Assembly (NCBI GenBank): GCA_964605515.1
Contig: CAZSDC010000001.1
Span: 2,611-66,610 of the forward strand
Reading direction: 5' to 3'
Source of the DNA: an uncultured Chthoniobacter sp.
Lineage (GTDB): Bacteria; Verrucomicrobiota; Verrucomicrobiia; Chthoniobacterales; Terrimicrobiaceae
Length of the DNA stretch: 64,000 nt
The notes under the pieces were generated by a model. It saw only the letters and a list, made by a program, of their open reading frames with translations. It had not been told where the DNA came from and made no database searches. The translations under genes were made by a program, and so were the position numbers. Below, piece after piece: positions 27,327 through 37,263 of the stretch. Within the stretch, counting starts at the first letter, position 1; each line of letters begins with the position of its first letter.

Positions 27327-28376
27327 ATGCCACTGCCCGTCACCGCCATCTTTCCGATCTACGAATGCGCTGATCGTCTCTGCCCTCACTTGGCGCACGC
27401 CCAAGGGTGGATTGATGCCGTTGAGGAGATTATCGTCGTTGATTCCGGATCAAAGGACGGCTCTGCTGAGATCGCACGCAGGGAGATCAAGCATCCCAAT
27501 GTGAAGCACGAGGTTGTTCCCCCGGGCCTTTATCCGGCTTGGAACCACGCCATTCGCATCGCCGAAGCCGAGTTCTGCTATTTTTCCACCGTTGGTGACA
27601 CGATAGACCGAACAGGGTTGGAGCATCTTGTGAAGACGGCCGAAAGCCTGGCGGTTGACGTCGTCGTATCACCACCCCGGTGTGTCGAAGAGGACCGGCG
27701 GCAAACAGACGTGCGGACTTTTCCTATCCACAGCCTTCTCGAAAGCAGTAACGTCACGGAGGCGATGCTGCTCCCGGCGTGGCTGTCGTATCTGATGGCA
27801 ACCGGATTTTCCATCGAGTCATTTCTTGGGAGCAGTGCCAGCAATATTTATCGCACGGATTGCTTGAAGGAGAGCCCTTTTCCGGTGGATTTTGGCAAAG
27901 CTGGGGATGCTGCCTGGTTCCGGAAAAACGCTCTCCGATTTCGTTTTGCTCTTACTCCCAGAATTTGCGCCGACTTCTCGTTGCATCAGGACCATGGGGT
28001 TCGTCCGCACGGGGATATTACCATTCTCCTCGAACGTCTGACGCAACTGTCCAGGAATGCCCTTCGAGAATATCTGGAGACATCCAGCACAGCGGAGGCC
28101 AGGGAAATCCGGATATTGAATGCCTGGCGGAACATTGCCGGGGCATCTCCGGAGAAAACACTCGATGCAATCCGCCACCTCGAAGGAGTGGCAGCCACGG
28201 CGGAACAACAGCGCAAATATATCGGAGATCTTCAGGCCGAGATCAAAAAAATGCGCGCTGTGATGGTGAGCCTGGAGAAAATCTGCCAGGCCCGCGAGAT
28301 GGAAATTGCCCGGATGAAGTCTGTCGCTCCATCCGGTTCGCCCATGTCTTGGCTGCGAAAAATTAAGAACGGTTGA
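27327..28376 (+). CDS. GT2-like glycosyltransferase with a C-terminal coiled coil
   Basis: Internal ATG at 27327. VTAIFPIYECADRL...IIVVDSGSKDGSAEIA. Tail: AEQQRKYIGDLQAEIKKMRAVMVSLEKICQAREMEIARMK. Confidence 0.65.
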   Translation: MPLPVTAIFPIYECADRLCPHLAHAQGWIDAVEEIIVVDSGSKDGSAEIARREIKHPNVKHEVVPPGLYPAWNHAIRIAEAEFCYFSTVGDTIDRTGLEHLVKTAESLAVDVVVSPPRCVEEDRRQTDVRTFPIHSLLESSNVTEAMLLPAWLSYLMATGFSIESFLGSSASNIYRTDCLKESPFPVDFGKAGDAAWFRKNALRFRFALTPRICADFSLHQDHGVRPHGDITILLERLTQLSRNALREYLETSSTAEAREIRILNAWRNIAGASPEKTLDAIRHLEGVAATAEQQRKYIGDLQAEIKKMRAVMVSLEKICQAREMEIARMKSVAPSGSPMSWLRKIKNG

Positions 28377-28393
28377 GCAGAGAAACAAAGGCA

Positions 28394-30118
28394 ATGGAAA
28401 CAACTTCGGAAAAGTGCCGACATGGTATCCTGATTCATGGCGCGTATGTTGTTTTAATCATAGCAATCGTCCTGACTGCATTTTGCGGGTTTTATAAAGC
28501 CGATTTCGCGCAGGACCAGCCGCTGAGTTACGATGGTGACTCGCTGGTCGTTCTTGCCAGCATCCGGGCGGCTGAGGAGGGAGGAATGCTGCCCTTCCTC
28601 CCGGTCCGGATCCAGCGACTCAACGCGCCGGCCGAGGCCTGGTGGAGTGACGCGCCGATCAGTGAGCTTGTCTATTGGTTGCCCACCCTATTGACCCGCT
28701 TTCTGGGATTTTTCCCAGGCACTTCGTGGTTTGTGGCCCTCATGTTATGCGCGGCAGGCATTGCCTTCTACTTCTCAGCAATTGCCATGCGTGGGGCGAG
28801 GGTACCATCAGCAACCATGGGTGTTCTTTTTGCTCTCCTGCCCTATGCTTTTGTGCGGAATATTGAACATCTGACTCTCACTCTGTACTTTGTAGTCCCT
28901 GTGTATATCTGCTCTGCCTGGAATATGTGGGGCGAGGAGGGGGCGAGGTGTTCGAACCAGCGGATTGCGCTGCTCTGTGTTTTGGCCGTTCTCGCCAGCA
29001 TGTTTAATCCCTATTACTGGGCCATGTTTCTTATTCTGGTTGCGTTTGCCGGTGTTGGTCACGTGACCAACTTGTCCTGGCGGGGAATCGCTGCGTGCGC
29101 CCTCCTTGGCTTCTCGGCATGGGTCGGATTCTTACTTCAAAACCTCGACACCTTCTATTTCCGGTGGACCGAAGGGGTCAACAATGCGGTCATCTCCAGG
29201 GATCTTTGGTGGATGGTTAAATTCGGGCTCTACCTTCCCGATTTGTTGCTTCCCTCAACGCACCGGATCGCATGGCTTGAGCAGTTGAGCGGACAGAATT
29301 ACCACTGGAAGATTCCAATCCCAATCCAGGGCGAGAGTCAGACCGCCTACATCGGGATGGTCGCCGCGCTCTTCTTGGTGATTCTGATTATCGGTGGGTT
29401 TGTAGGCGCAAGCGCCGGACGACGGAAACCCATGCACCCGTTCTTTTGGTTCGCGCTGGTGGTATTCGGTTTTGCTGTCGTCGGTGGACTCAACTACTTC
29501 GCCGGCGCCTTCGGATTCCAGATGCTTCGCGCATCGAACCGGTATTCGATCTACCTTGCCGCTCTCGGTTTATTTTACGGGGTGATGCTGATCTCCCGTA
29601 TCAGAAAGCCGGTGGTAATGACCGCGGTTTGTGCGCTGATCCTGCCGCTCGGAATCTACGACCAGATCCCTAAGGTTCCCGAATGGCTGAAAAGCCAGAG
29701 AGCTGCTGCCGCGGAACGCTTCCGCATGGACCGGGAGTTTTTTCCGCGTATGGAAGGAGTCCTGCCTCCCGGCTCGGAGGTCTTCCAGCTCCCCCGTATG
29801 CCATTTCCCGAAAATGGGCCGATTCTAAACATGGGCGACTATGAACACTTCCGTCCGTATCTTCACACCAAGAACCTGAAATTCAGTTATGGCGCAGTCA
29901 AAGGGCGGAAACATGCGTTCTGGCAGGAAGATCTCGACAACAAGCCGTCCGCCGAAGTGATCGGCGAACTGAAAAAGAGGAACTTCGGGGCCATCCTCAT
30001 CAACCGCCGGGCCTACGCTGACAGCGGCAACGGAACTTCGGGCGGATTCCTTCAGGCGGGTTGCCGCGAAATTATGCGCAATTCCGACTTTGTCGTGCTG
30101 GAAATTCCAAAGGGATAG
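28394..30118 (+). CDS. polytopic membrane protein with a C-terminal periplasmic-type domain (possible GT-C-like enzyme)
   Basis: ATG at 28394 (the track ORF starts at TTG 28373). More than 10 hydrophobic segments, PLSYDGDSLVVL after TM1, and a soluble C-terminal domain of about 150 aa (FQLPRMPFPENGPILNMGDYEHFRPYLH...). Confidence 0.5.
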   Translation: METTSEKCRHGILIHGAYVVLIIAIVLTAFCGFYKADFAQDQPLSYDGDSLVVLASIRAAEEGGMLPFLPVRIQRLNAPAEAWWSDAPISELVYWLPTLLTRFLGFFPGTSWFVALMLCAAGIAFYFSAIAMRGARVPSATMGVLFALLPYAFVRNIEHLTLTLYFVVPVYICSAWNMWGEEGARCSNQRIALLCVLAVLASMFNPYYWAMFLILVAFAGVGHVTNLSWRGIAACALLGFSAWVGFLLQNLDTFYFRWTEGVNNAVISRDLWWMVKFGLYLPDLLLPSTHRIAWLEQLSGQNYHWKIPIPIQGESQTAYIGMVAALFLVILIIGGFVGASAGRRKPMHPFFWFALVVFGFAVVGGLNYFAGAFGFQMLRASNRYSIYLAALGLFYGVMLISRIRKPVVMTAVCALILPLGIYDQIPKVPEWLKSQRAAAAERFRMDREFFPRMEGVLPPGSEVFQLPRMPFPENGPILNMGDYEHFRPYLHTKNLKFSYGAVKGRKHAFWQEDLDNKPSAEVIGELKKRNFGAILINRRAYADSGNGTSGGFLQAGCREIMRNSDFVVLEIPKG

Positions 30119-30125
30119 CTGCTGA

Positions 30126-30902
30126 ATGGGCGCAGATCAGACAAATTTAGATGGCAGCGCAAGGCCGGGCATTCTCATCGCGATCCCGGCTTACCGGGAG
30201 AGCGCGCGGCTCCCGAGATTTCTGGAGTTTTTGGCATCTGCGGTGGAATCTTCTGGCCTCGGTGCCGCGATCCTCGTGGTCGACGACGGGTCAGGGCCGC
30301 GCGAGCAGGAGCTGTTGCTGCAAGCTGTCGGCGGGTTAAGAGAGGTGCACTCCTGCATCCTCCCCCCGCTGCTTCTCAAGTTTAACGCAGGCAAGGGGGG
30401 CGCCATCCTGGCCGCATGGCGCAGTTGCCCCGACGCTGATTATCTCGGCTTCGTCGATGCGGATGGTGCCGTTTCGGCGGGGGAAGTTTGCAGGGTCGCG
30501 GCGATGCTGGAGACCGGCGGCAGAGGCCCCGCGCTTTTCGCCTGCCGCGTAAAGATGCTCGGGAAGCGGGTCACCAGAAGCTGGGCGCGGCATCTGATCG
30601 GACGCGTTTTCGCCCTGCTTGTTGGCGCCCTGATCGACCCCGGCGTTTACGACAGCCAGTGCGGGCTAAAGTTCGTCCCTGCCTCCGCATTCAAAAAGTT
30701 GGACCCGTATCTTCAGGGGCATCGTTTTGCCTTCGATGTCGAACTGTTGGCCGGGCTAAAAAAACTGAGGTGGCCGGTCCAGGAAGTGCCGATCGACTGG
30801 CACGACGAACCGGGCAGCAAGGTGTCTTTTTTCCGCGACACGCACCAGATGATCCGCGCGATATTCCGGATAAAGCGGGAAATGGAATCATGGACGTTTT
30901 AG
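30126..30902 (+). CDS. GT2 polyprenyl-phosphate glycosyltransferase-like (ALG5/DPG-synthase-like, soluble)
   Basis: ILIAIPAYRESARLPRFL...VVDDGSG...YLGFVDADGAVS...DSQCGLKF. 258 aa with no TM segment. Confidence 0.75.
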   Translation: MGADQTNLDGSARPGILIAIPAYRESARLPRFLEFLASAVESSGLGAAILVVDDGSGPREQELLLQAVGGLREVHSCILPPLLLKFNAGKGGAILAAWRSCPDADYLGFVDADGAVSAGEVCRVAAMLETGGRGPALFACRVKMLGKRVTRSWARHLIGRVFALLVGALIDPGVYDSQCGLKFVPASAFKKLDPYLQGHRFAFDVELLAGLKKLRWPVQEVPIDWHDEPGSKVSFFRDTHQMIRAIFRIKREMESWTF

Positions 30903-31621
30903 AAAGAGAGCAAATCTCCAACCGGGTCCTCTCAGGGCACTGGTATTACGAGTCGAAGTTCCGGCTGCTCCGGAAACACATCTCCCGCTTGCCTTTGCCG
31001 ACGGCGTCATTTTCGTCTGTGGATGTGGGATCCGGGTTGGGCCTCTTTCTCCACAAAATGGAGAGACACGGGCTCGCTTCGCCGGATCGCAGCATCGGCG
31101 TTGACCCGGCCTACGAGGCACCCCGGCATGCGTTCGAAAGCCAGATCGTAATCTACCCTGATTTCCCGGCCGGGAGGCAGTTTGATTTGCTGGTCCTCAT
31201 GGACGTGCTGGAGCACGTGGAAGACGATGCTGAGGTCTTGAAAAACGCCCTGCGGCATGCCCTGCCGGGAGGGTATGTTTTTATTACGGTTCCCGCCCTT
31301 CCTGCCCTCTGGTCTTCGCACGACCGCTTTCTCGGCCACTACCGGCGATACACCCTCAAGACTTTGAACAGCCTGGTGGAGAAGACAGGCGCGCTCGAGG
31401 TTCTGGACACGCACTATTTCTTCGCGGGGATCCTCCCGTTGGCTGCCCCAGTCAGGTTGCTGCGCTCGCGCACCGCAGAGCCGAGGACCTCCGACATGAA
31501 GGCGCTTTCAGGGGTTGCTAACGCTTTGCTGAAACTTTTCTGCACCGCAGAGTTGGTGGTTGCGGGACTCAACAAAACTGCAGGGCTGACAGCCGTCATG
31601 CTCTGCAAAGTCAAACGATGA
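30890..31621 (+). CDS. class I SAM-dependent methyltransferase
   Basis: Internal ATG at 30890 overlaps the upstream gene by 13 nt. SVDVGSGLGLFL (motif I) and LLVLMDVLEHVEDD. Confidence 0.75.
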   Translation: MDVLEREQISNRVLSGHWYYESKFRLLRKHISRLPLPTASFSSVDVGSGLGLFLHKMERHGLASPDRSIGVDPAYEAPRHAFESQIVIYPDFPAGRQFDLLVLMDVLEHVEDDAEVLKNALRHALPGGYVFITVPALPALWSSHDRFLGHYRRYTLKTLNSLVEKTGALEVLDTHYFFAGILPLAAPVRLLRSRTAEPRTSDMKALSGVANALLKLFCTAELVVAGLNKTAGLTAVMLCKVKR

Positions 31622-33324
31622 ACCCGACGATCCGAAACCGTGGCTTAAGGCCTTTGCTTGGAGCGTTCGAATCGGGAACTTCGCTGACCGTGTGTGTGTC
31701 TGTCGTTCTCGTGCTTGCGGCGTTGTTCCGTTTTATCTGGCTGGACCGCGTTCCTGGGATTAACGGCGACGAGGCTTGGCTCGGCTGCAAAGCTTACGAT
31801 GTCGCGAAGGGCGCCAAACTCGACTGGATCACCTACAGCAGGAATATCGAGAACCCGTTTTTCATGCTCCCGCTCATTTGGCTGCACCAGCACTGGGAGC
31901 CGTCCGGATGGCTTCTGCGCTCGGTGGCCGCAGTGAGCGGCCTGCTGACTCTTCCGGTGAACTGGTTCCTGTGCCGCGCGGTGCTCGGGAGGCGGTTGGC
32001 ATGGATATCGACACTGTTCTTGGCATCGCTTCCGGTGGCGATCGCTTACAGCCGCTATGGCTGGCAGCCATCGCAGGTTCTGCTGTTTGCTTTCCCTGTC
32101 GTATATTCCAGCATCGCGCTCTCCGACGAAAGGCGGAACCTGTGGCTCTGGCTCGGGCTCTGCGCAGTCATCGCCCTGTGCGCGGCTCTTGTCCACCCCA
32201 CGATGGCATTTTTGTTTCTCATGCCAGGCCTTGGGTTTTGTGCGAGATGGATCAGGCCAGAGCGGCGGCCAGGTCGCGCTGCCACGCTTTTCGCGCTGGG
32301 GATCTTAGGGGCCGCCGGGCTTGGTGCGGCGATGTATCTGAAAGCACCGCCCTGGGTCCAAGCGGACATTTCCGCTCGCGTGAGATCGTGTGTTTGGCTC
32401 TTCGATATGGGGCACTTCGCAGTGGCGTGGATCCGTAATTTCAATGGCATCAACACGTTTGGTTTTTTCCCGGCTTCATGGCCCGGCTCCTCCGGAATCA
32501 TGAACACCGCGGAAGCTCCCAGGCTGTTCGTTCTGGATCTGCTCGCGTTTGTCGCTTTTGCAGCAGCCGGCGCGTCCATCATGCTCCAGGTTTTTGCAAG
32601 GGGCCGGAGTGGTCTGCCCCACGGAGGCAGCCAAACCGTGCGCGCCGGGGTTGTGGTGCTCGCTGGTTTTATCTGCGCATCGGTTCTTTTCGGAATCCTT
32701 TCAGGCCCCCAGAAGGCGGCGGTATGGTTCGACCGCTACGGGCTCTGGTCGGTCGCCCCGGGGATAGTTCTGCTGTCCATGGGGTTTGATTCTGTAAGCC
32801 GGGTGTGCGGGAAATTCTCCAGGGCATTCGACTACGGCGGGCTTCTTGTCTGCGCGTTTTTGCTCGGGATGTTTTGGGTCAAGTATTTTAGCTTTTTCTT
32901 CGAGACCGGAGGACGGTCAGGCCTGGATGCGCGCGTGGGGCATTCCGAACTCAAAGAGCAGGCGGCCGCCGAGGTCGAGAGATGGTGTGGTTCGCTGACT
33001 GCAGCGGGGGTCGAAGAAAAGCCGTTTCTTGTCTCCTCCGACTGGTTTGCATACTGGGCCGTGGTTTATTTTTTGAGGGCCGGGAATCACAACCGGGAGT
33101 GGGAGACGGTTTACATCCCCAGCACACCCGACCCGAGCTATACGGTGAGCGAGGAAACGAAGCAGAAAATCAAGGTGGGCCACGTTGCGATTGTGGAATA
33201 CGAATCCTCGGATGCTTGGAAGCAATGGGAGCAGTTTTTTTCCGCAGACCTCGGGATCTGCCCGACCGAGCAGTTTTGCGATTTGACCGGCAAGCCGGTT
33301 TTGCGGGTTAGATTCGTGAGGTGA
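31618..33324 (+). CDS. GT-C glycosyltransferase candidate (GT39/ArnT/PMT_2-like)
   Basis: ATGA overlap with the methyltransferase. LDRVPGINGDEAWLGCKAYDV (DE motif in the first loop), more than 10 TM segments, and a soluble C-terminal domain. Confidence 0.65.
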   Translation: MNPTIRNRGLRPLLGAFESGTSLTVCVSVVLVLAALFRFIWLDRVPGINGDEAWLGCKAYDVAKGAKLDWITYSRNIENPFFMLPLIWLHQHWEPSGWLLRSVAAVSGLLTLPVNWFLCRAVLGRRLAWISTLFLASLPVAIAYSRYGWQPSQVLLFAFPVVYSSIALSDERRNLWLWLGLCAVIALCAALVHPTMAFLFLMPGLGFCARWIRPERRPGRAATLFALGILGAAGLGAAMYLKAPPWVQADISARVRSCVWLFDMGHFAVAWIRNFNGINTFGFFPASWPGSSGIMNTAEAPRLFVLDLLAFVAFAAAGASIMLQVFARGRSGLPHGGSQTVRAGVVVLAGFICASVLFGILSGPQKAAVWFDRYGLWSVAPGIVLLSMGFDSVSRVCGKFSRAFDYGGLLVCAFLLGMFWVKYFSFFFETGGRSGLDARVGHSELKEQAAAEVERWCGSLTAAGVEEKPFLVSSDWFAYWAVVYFLRAGNHNREWETVYIPSTPDPSYTVSEETKQKIKVGHVAIVEYESSDAWKQWEQFFSADLGICPTEQFCDLTGKPVLRVRFVR

Positions 33325-33349
33325 GGCGCCCGGATCGGGAAACCTAACA

Positions 33350-35182
33350 ATGCAGAAAAAACTATTTATATTATATTGTCTGGTTGTCGCCATGGTCTTC
33401 ACGGGATGGGTCGTCGCATGGTCGGTGCAGCAAGGCAAGCTGGCGGTTCCGCCGGACTACGACGACAGCCACAGCATGGTCGAGGGGGCGGTCAGGCTGC
33501 TAAACCTTAAGTCCTTCGGTCCTGCGGCCGCATGGGATGAATACAGGCTCAGGAACACGCATTCGTTTCTGCACTATTATTATACCTCGGCCCTATACGG
33601 AATTTTTGGAATCCGCCAGAGCGTGGTATATTGGGCCAACGGGCTGTTCCTCTTCGGCGTGCTCGTGTCATTCGCGTCTTATCTTCCCACCGGCCGTTAC
33701 GCTTACAACGCGATCTGGGTCGCCGCGTTTCTCGGGATTCCGGTGGCTTTCCACCTCGTCCACGATTTTCGCTCTGAGGTCACTATGGCTGCGCTGATTT
33801 TTATCGGGTGCGCCTCTGCTGTGGCATGGTCGTGGAGCTCCAAGCCTGGACTTTGGCGACCCGCAGCCACCGCCATCGCGTTCGCCCTGGCCTTGGGGAT
33901 GAAGCCGGTGATGTTCCCTTACACGCTGGGCATGCTCGGACTGTGTTCGATCAACTTTTGTTTTGTCCGCGCTTTGTCAGCCCGCTGGCAGGCGCCAGCG
34001 GAAACCGTTCTTCGGGTGCTGTGGCGCGCGCTTCCCGGCTTGCTCGGGAAGGTCTCCCTGCTGTGGGCGCTCGTCGTCATCCCAAATGTTGTCCATTTCT
34101 GGGCTTACAGCCGGTTTATCTTTGCCTACATCTGGAGCGTCGCGTTCGCGTCCGATTTTTACAAGCTCCAGAGTGAACAAGGCGCGCAATGGACGTTCCA
34201 TTGGCTCGGGTATTCGGGGGTTTGGCATCTCAGCGTGCTGAATGTCTTCTTTGTCATCGTCGTTGCCCTTGGATTGATCCTCTGCTGCATCCCACGCCTC
34301 CGAAATCACGCCCCTGAAGGCAAGTGGTTGTCCTTGATATTTCTGACTGTAGGTTCGTTTTTCGGAATCGCCATCAACGGGGTCCATCAGCCATTTTTTG
34401 GGATGACATTCCAACTGCTGCTCGTTGCTTCGGCGTTGTCCGCTCTGGCACAGGTATTTTCAAAACCGATTCCGCTCTGGATTCCGCCATGCTTGATTCT
34501 TGTTGTTGGATACGTTTATATCAACCCGGCATTGAACCGCGCGATTCTTATCCCTGCTATTCTTGTCGCTCTCGCTGCTGGCGGGATTTGCGCATTCATG
34601 AAAACCGGTGTGCGATCTGCAGTTTCATATGTCTGCTGTGCCTGGTTTGCTCTGCTCTGCTGGAAGACAACCGAGAGGGCACCTTACCACAACTATGTCC
34701 AGCGGACGATCAGCGAAGCCGGCGAAGCTGGACTGGATTGGAGAAGGTCCGGGCCTTTGAAAGTCTATGACGCCATTTCCGGCGTCTGGACCAAGGCGAC
34801 CAGTCCGATCATTTGGTCTTCTGCCTACGGATGGGTGGACGGACGAAGTATTGCCTGGGAGGCTGTCCTGCGCGGGCGGGCGTGGATGGCGTTCAACGAA
34901 TCCGAGCTTCCTGAGCCCCTTTCAGGTGATATCCCGCTTTATGCCGATTTTCTACTCATCCAGGAGCCTGGCGTCCTCGGATCTATCAAAACGCCTCAAT
35001 CTCATGACTATTTTTCCCGCGTGGAGGATCTGCTGAAAGAGCATCCGGGCATCAAACAGGTCGCGAAAGTGAAAGATCCAGGGGGGAAAATGATCCTGAT
35101 CCTCCGGAATGACAACGCCAGCACGTGTTTCAAACAAGGGCCGGAATGGCTTTCTGCTGCGGTCGCCCACGGACAGTATTGA
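33350..35182 (+). CDS. GT-C-like polytopic membrane protein (paralog family A)
   Basis: GKLAVPPDYDDSHSMVEGA after TM1. The N-terminal region aligns by eye with the 35199 and 43832 proteins (xYDD/YED ... H-S-F/P ... FG(I/V)(R/H)). Many TM segments and a soluble C-terminus. Confidence 0.55.
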   Translation: MQKKLFILYCLVVAMVFTGWVVAWSVQQGKLAVPPDYDDSHSMVEGAVRLLNLKSFGPAAAWDEYRLRNTHSFLHYYYTSALYGIFGIRQSVVYWANGLFLFGVLVSFASYLPTGRYAYNAIWVAAFLGIPVAFHLVHDFRSEVTMAALIFIGCASAVAWSWSSKPGLWRPAATAIAFALALGMKPVMFPYTLGMLGLCSINFCFVRALSARWQAPAETVLRVLWRALPGLLGKVSLLWALVVIPNVVHFWAYSRFIFAYIWSVAFASDFYKLQSEQGAQWTFHWLGYSGVWHLSVLNVFFVIVVALGLILCCIPRLRNHAPEGKWLSLIFLTVGSFFGIAINGVHQPFFGMTFQLLLVASALSALAQVFSKPIPLWIPPCLILVVGYVYINPALNRAILIPAILVALAAGGICAFMKTGVRSAVSYVCCAWFALLCWKTTERAPYHNYVQRTISEAGEAGLDWRRSGPLKVYDAISGVWTKATSPIIWSSAYGWVDGRSIAWEAVLRGRAWMAFNESELPEPLSGDIPLYADFLLIQEPGVLGSIKTPQSHDYFSRVEDLLKEHPGIKQVAKVKDPGGKMILILRNDNASTCFKQGPEWLSAAVAHGQY

Positions 35183-35198
35183 TCCCCAACAACTCATT

Positions 35199-37256
35199 AT
35201 GAATGTCAGATCCGATAATCGCAGAGCACTCTGGTTTGTGCTTGGGCTAACTCTCTTGCTGCTCGCGGTGGCAGTCAGCTTCTCCTTTTCCCGCGGAAGG
35301 CTCCAGTATGAGATGGACTACGAGGATATCATCACTCATATCGACGGGCTGAAGCGATGGAGGGATCTCAGCGAAGGGGGAGTTTGGAAGTTTTTCACCG
35401 GTTACGCGGCAAATCCCCCTCACTGTCCGTTGCACAGCTTTACTGCGGCGGTCGGGTTTATGATATTCGGCGTTCATGACTGGGCACCATATGTTCTCAA
35501 CGGCGTCTTTCTTTTCGGATTTCTCCTGCTTGCGCAACGCTTGACCAAAGGGCTTGGTTTGGTTGCCTCATGCGTTGCCGTATTAGGTGCTGCGCTTGTG
35601 CCCCTCTCATTCCAGACCATCCACCAGTTTCGTCCGGACTTTCCATGTGCGTTGGCCACACTATGGGGAATGCTTGTTTATCCGATGCGCCTTGGGCGGG
35701 ATTTCGAAAAGCGCGCGGGGATTGCCGGCCTCTTCTTCGGGCTGGCCCTTCTAGCAAAGCCCCCGTTTTTTCCATTCACCCTCGCGATGGGGGCGCTGCC
35801 CTGGCTTATTAGCGTGGCTGCTTCTTATAGGGCGGCTTCGGGCTGGACGGGAGCCTGGTGTGCTATTCGGCGAAGCTGGCCTTTCTTTGCTGCGACAGCA
35901 ATCGTGGCCGGCCCACACTACTTTGTCGCCTGGAAAAAGATTCTGGAATACATCCAGTTGAACCAGTTCGGAGAAAATGCCCATGTCTGGAAAATGACGG
36001 GCGGACTGGACTTCCAGATTGTTTATCACGTGTTTGGATACAGCGGGATATTCATGCTTGGAAATGCTGTCTGGATCCTTATCGCACTCGTCCTGGCGGG
36101 GTTCGCTCTCAGTTTTGTTCTTCGCCGTCGGGCCTCCGACAACTGTTTGAGGTTCATTTACCTCTTTGCCGTAACCCTGTGGGCTTGGATCTTTATTGCG
36201 TGGAACCCCCACATGAACCCATTCTTCGGGCTGACGTTCCAGTATGCCCTCGTCCTTTGCGGGATGTTTGTCCTGGCTTGGGTGACCAACCTCATTTTGC
36301 TTTCAGGAAGGAGGGGGATGCTGGTTTTTCCGGCTGCTTTGGTTGCGGCCTTGGCTTGCATGGCGGTTCCATTCCGGGAGCATGACCAGAAATTCACGAA
36401 TGCGGATCCCGAACTCCACAACTTTGCAAGGGATCTCCCCCGCGAGGTTTATCGTCGTCTGATGAAGTGGCGCTGGCATTCCGATGCTGGCTACACCCTG
36501 CTCTCGACCTACGGTATCGTCTCCTCTCACCGCCTTCAGTGGATGGCGGACAAGAACCGCCAAAAATTCCAGTTCTTTGGTGTCCCGTTCTGGCCGATCG
36601 ATCGGGTGGTTGAGCTGTTCGACCAGGAAACCAAAATCCACGACCGGATAGATTTCGCCGTGGTCAGCGAACCCGGTGCCGAAGGTGTCTTTGAAGAATT
36701 GCCAAATGCCGACACAACCGGAGGCTTGATCGAATGGCTGAATGGCAAAAAGGAATACCGTGCCGTCGAAACGATTCTCACACCGTCCGGCAAAAAATAT
36801 TTTCTCTACATGGCGGCTCCAAATTTTGGCGTGTTTGAAAATGTGTCTGGACTTGGACCGAAAACCGGTCCGGTCAATCTGGCCGGAAAGCCCATGGTCA
36901 AACATGTTTTGGCTTCTGACGTTGCTCTGGAATTCGCATCACCGACATCCGGAGAAGGATTGCTGGAGTTTTCGTTTCGCGCGAATGATCCCATCGCCAT
37001 GATCAAGGTCGAGGTGAATTCGCGCGAGGTCGCCGTAATTGACACGGGCCGGCTCGACCCTCAGTCTGATTTCCACACAATCGATTCCAAGGTCGCACTT
37101 GTGGAGGGAAAAAATCCGGTTAAGATCCGGATGTATGACCGTGGTGGAAACATGGTCCAGAACCCGTCAATGATCATCCGTCGTTTGAGGATTTCTCCAC
37201 CCGGAGATGCTTCCCCTCTTGATGACATTCTGCGTAAAATTAACAATCAAAAGTAA
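35199..37256 (+). CDS. GT-C-like polytopic membrane protein (paralog family A) with a C-terminal beta-rich domain of about 230 aa
   Basis: Internal ATG at 35199. GRLQYEMDYEDIITHIDG after TM1, then CPLHSFTAAVGFMIFGVHDWAPY. The C-terminus (about aa 450-685) is soluble. Confidence 0.55.
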   Translation: MNVRSDNRRALWFVLGLTLLLLAVAVSFSFSRGRLQYEMDYEDIITHIDGLKRWRDLSEGGVWKFFTGYAANPPHCPLHSFTAAVGFMIFGVHDWAPYVLNGVFLFGFLLLAQRLTKGLGLVASCVAVLGAALVPLSFQTIHQFRPDFPCALATLWGMLVYPMRLGRDFEKRAGIAGLFFGLALLAKPPFFPFTLAMGALPWLISVAASYRAASGWTGAWCAIRRSWPFFAATAIVAGPHYFVAWKKILEYIQLNQFGENAHVWKMTGGLDFQIVYHVFGYSGIFMLGNAVWILIALVLAGFALSFVLRRRASDNCLRFIYLFAVTLWAWIFIAWNPHMNPFFGLTFQYALVLCGMFVLAWVTNLILLSGRRGMLVFPAALVAALACMAVPFREHDQKFTNADPELHNFARDLPREVYRRLMKWRWHSDAGYTLLSTYGIVSSHRLQWMADKNRQKFQFFGVPFWPIDRVVELFDQETKIHDRIDFAVVSEPGAEGVFEELPNADTTGGLIEWLNGKKEYRAVETILTPSGKKYFLYMAAPNFGVFENVSGLGPKTGPVNLAGKPMVKHVLASDVALEFASPTSGEGLLEFSFRANDPIAMIKVEVNSREVAVIDTGRLDPQSDFHTIDSKVALVEGKNPVKIRMYDRGGNMVQNPSMIIRRLRISPPGDASPLDDILRKINNQK

Positions 37257-37263
37257 ACATCGC

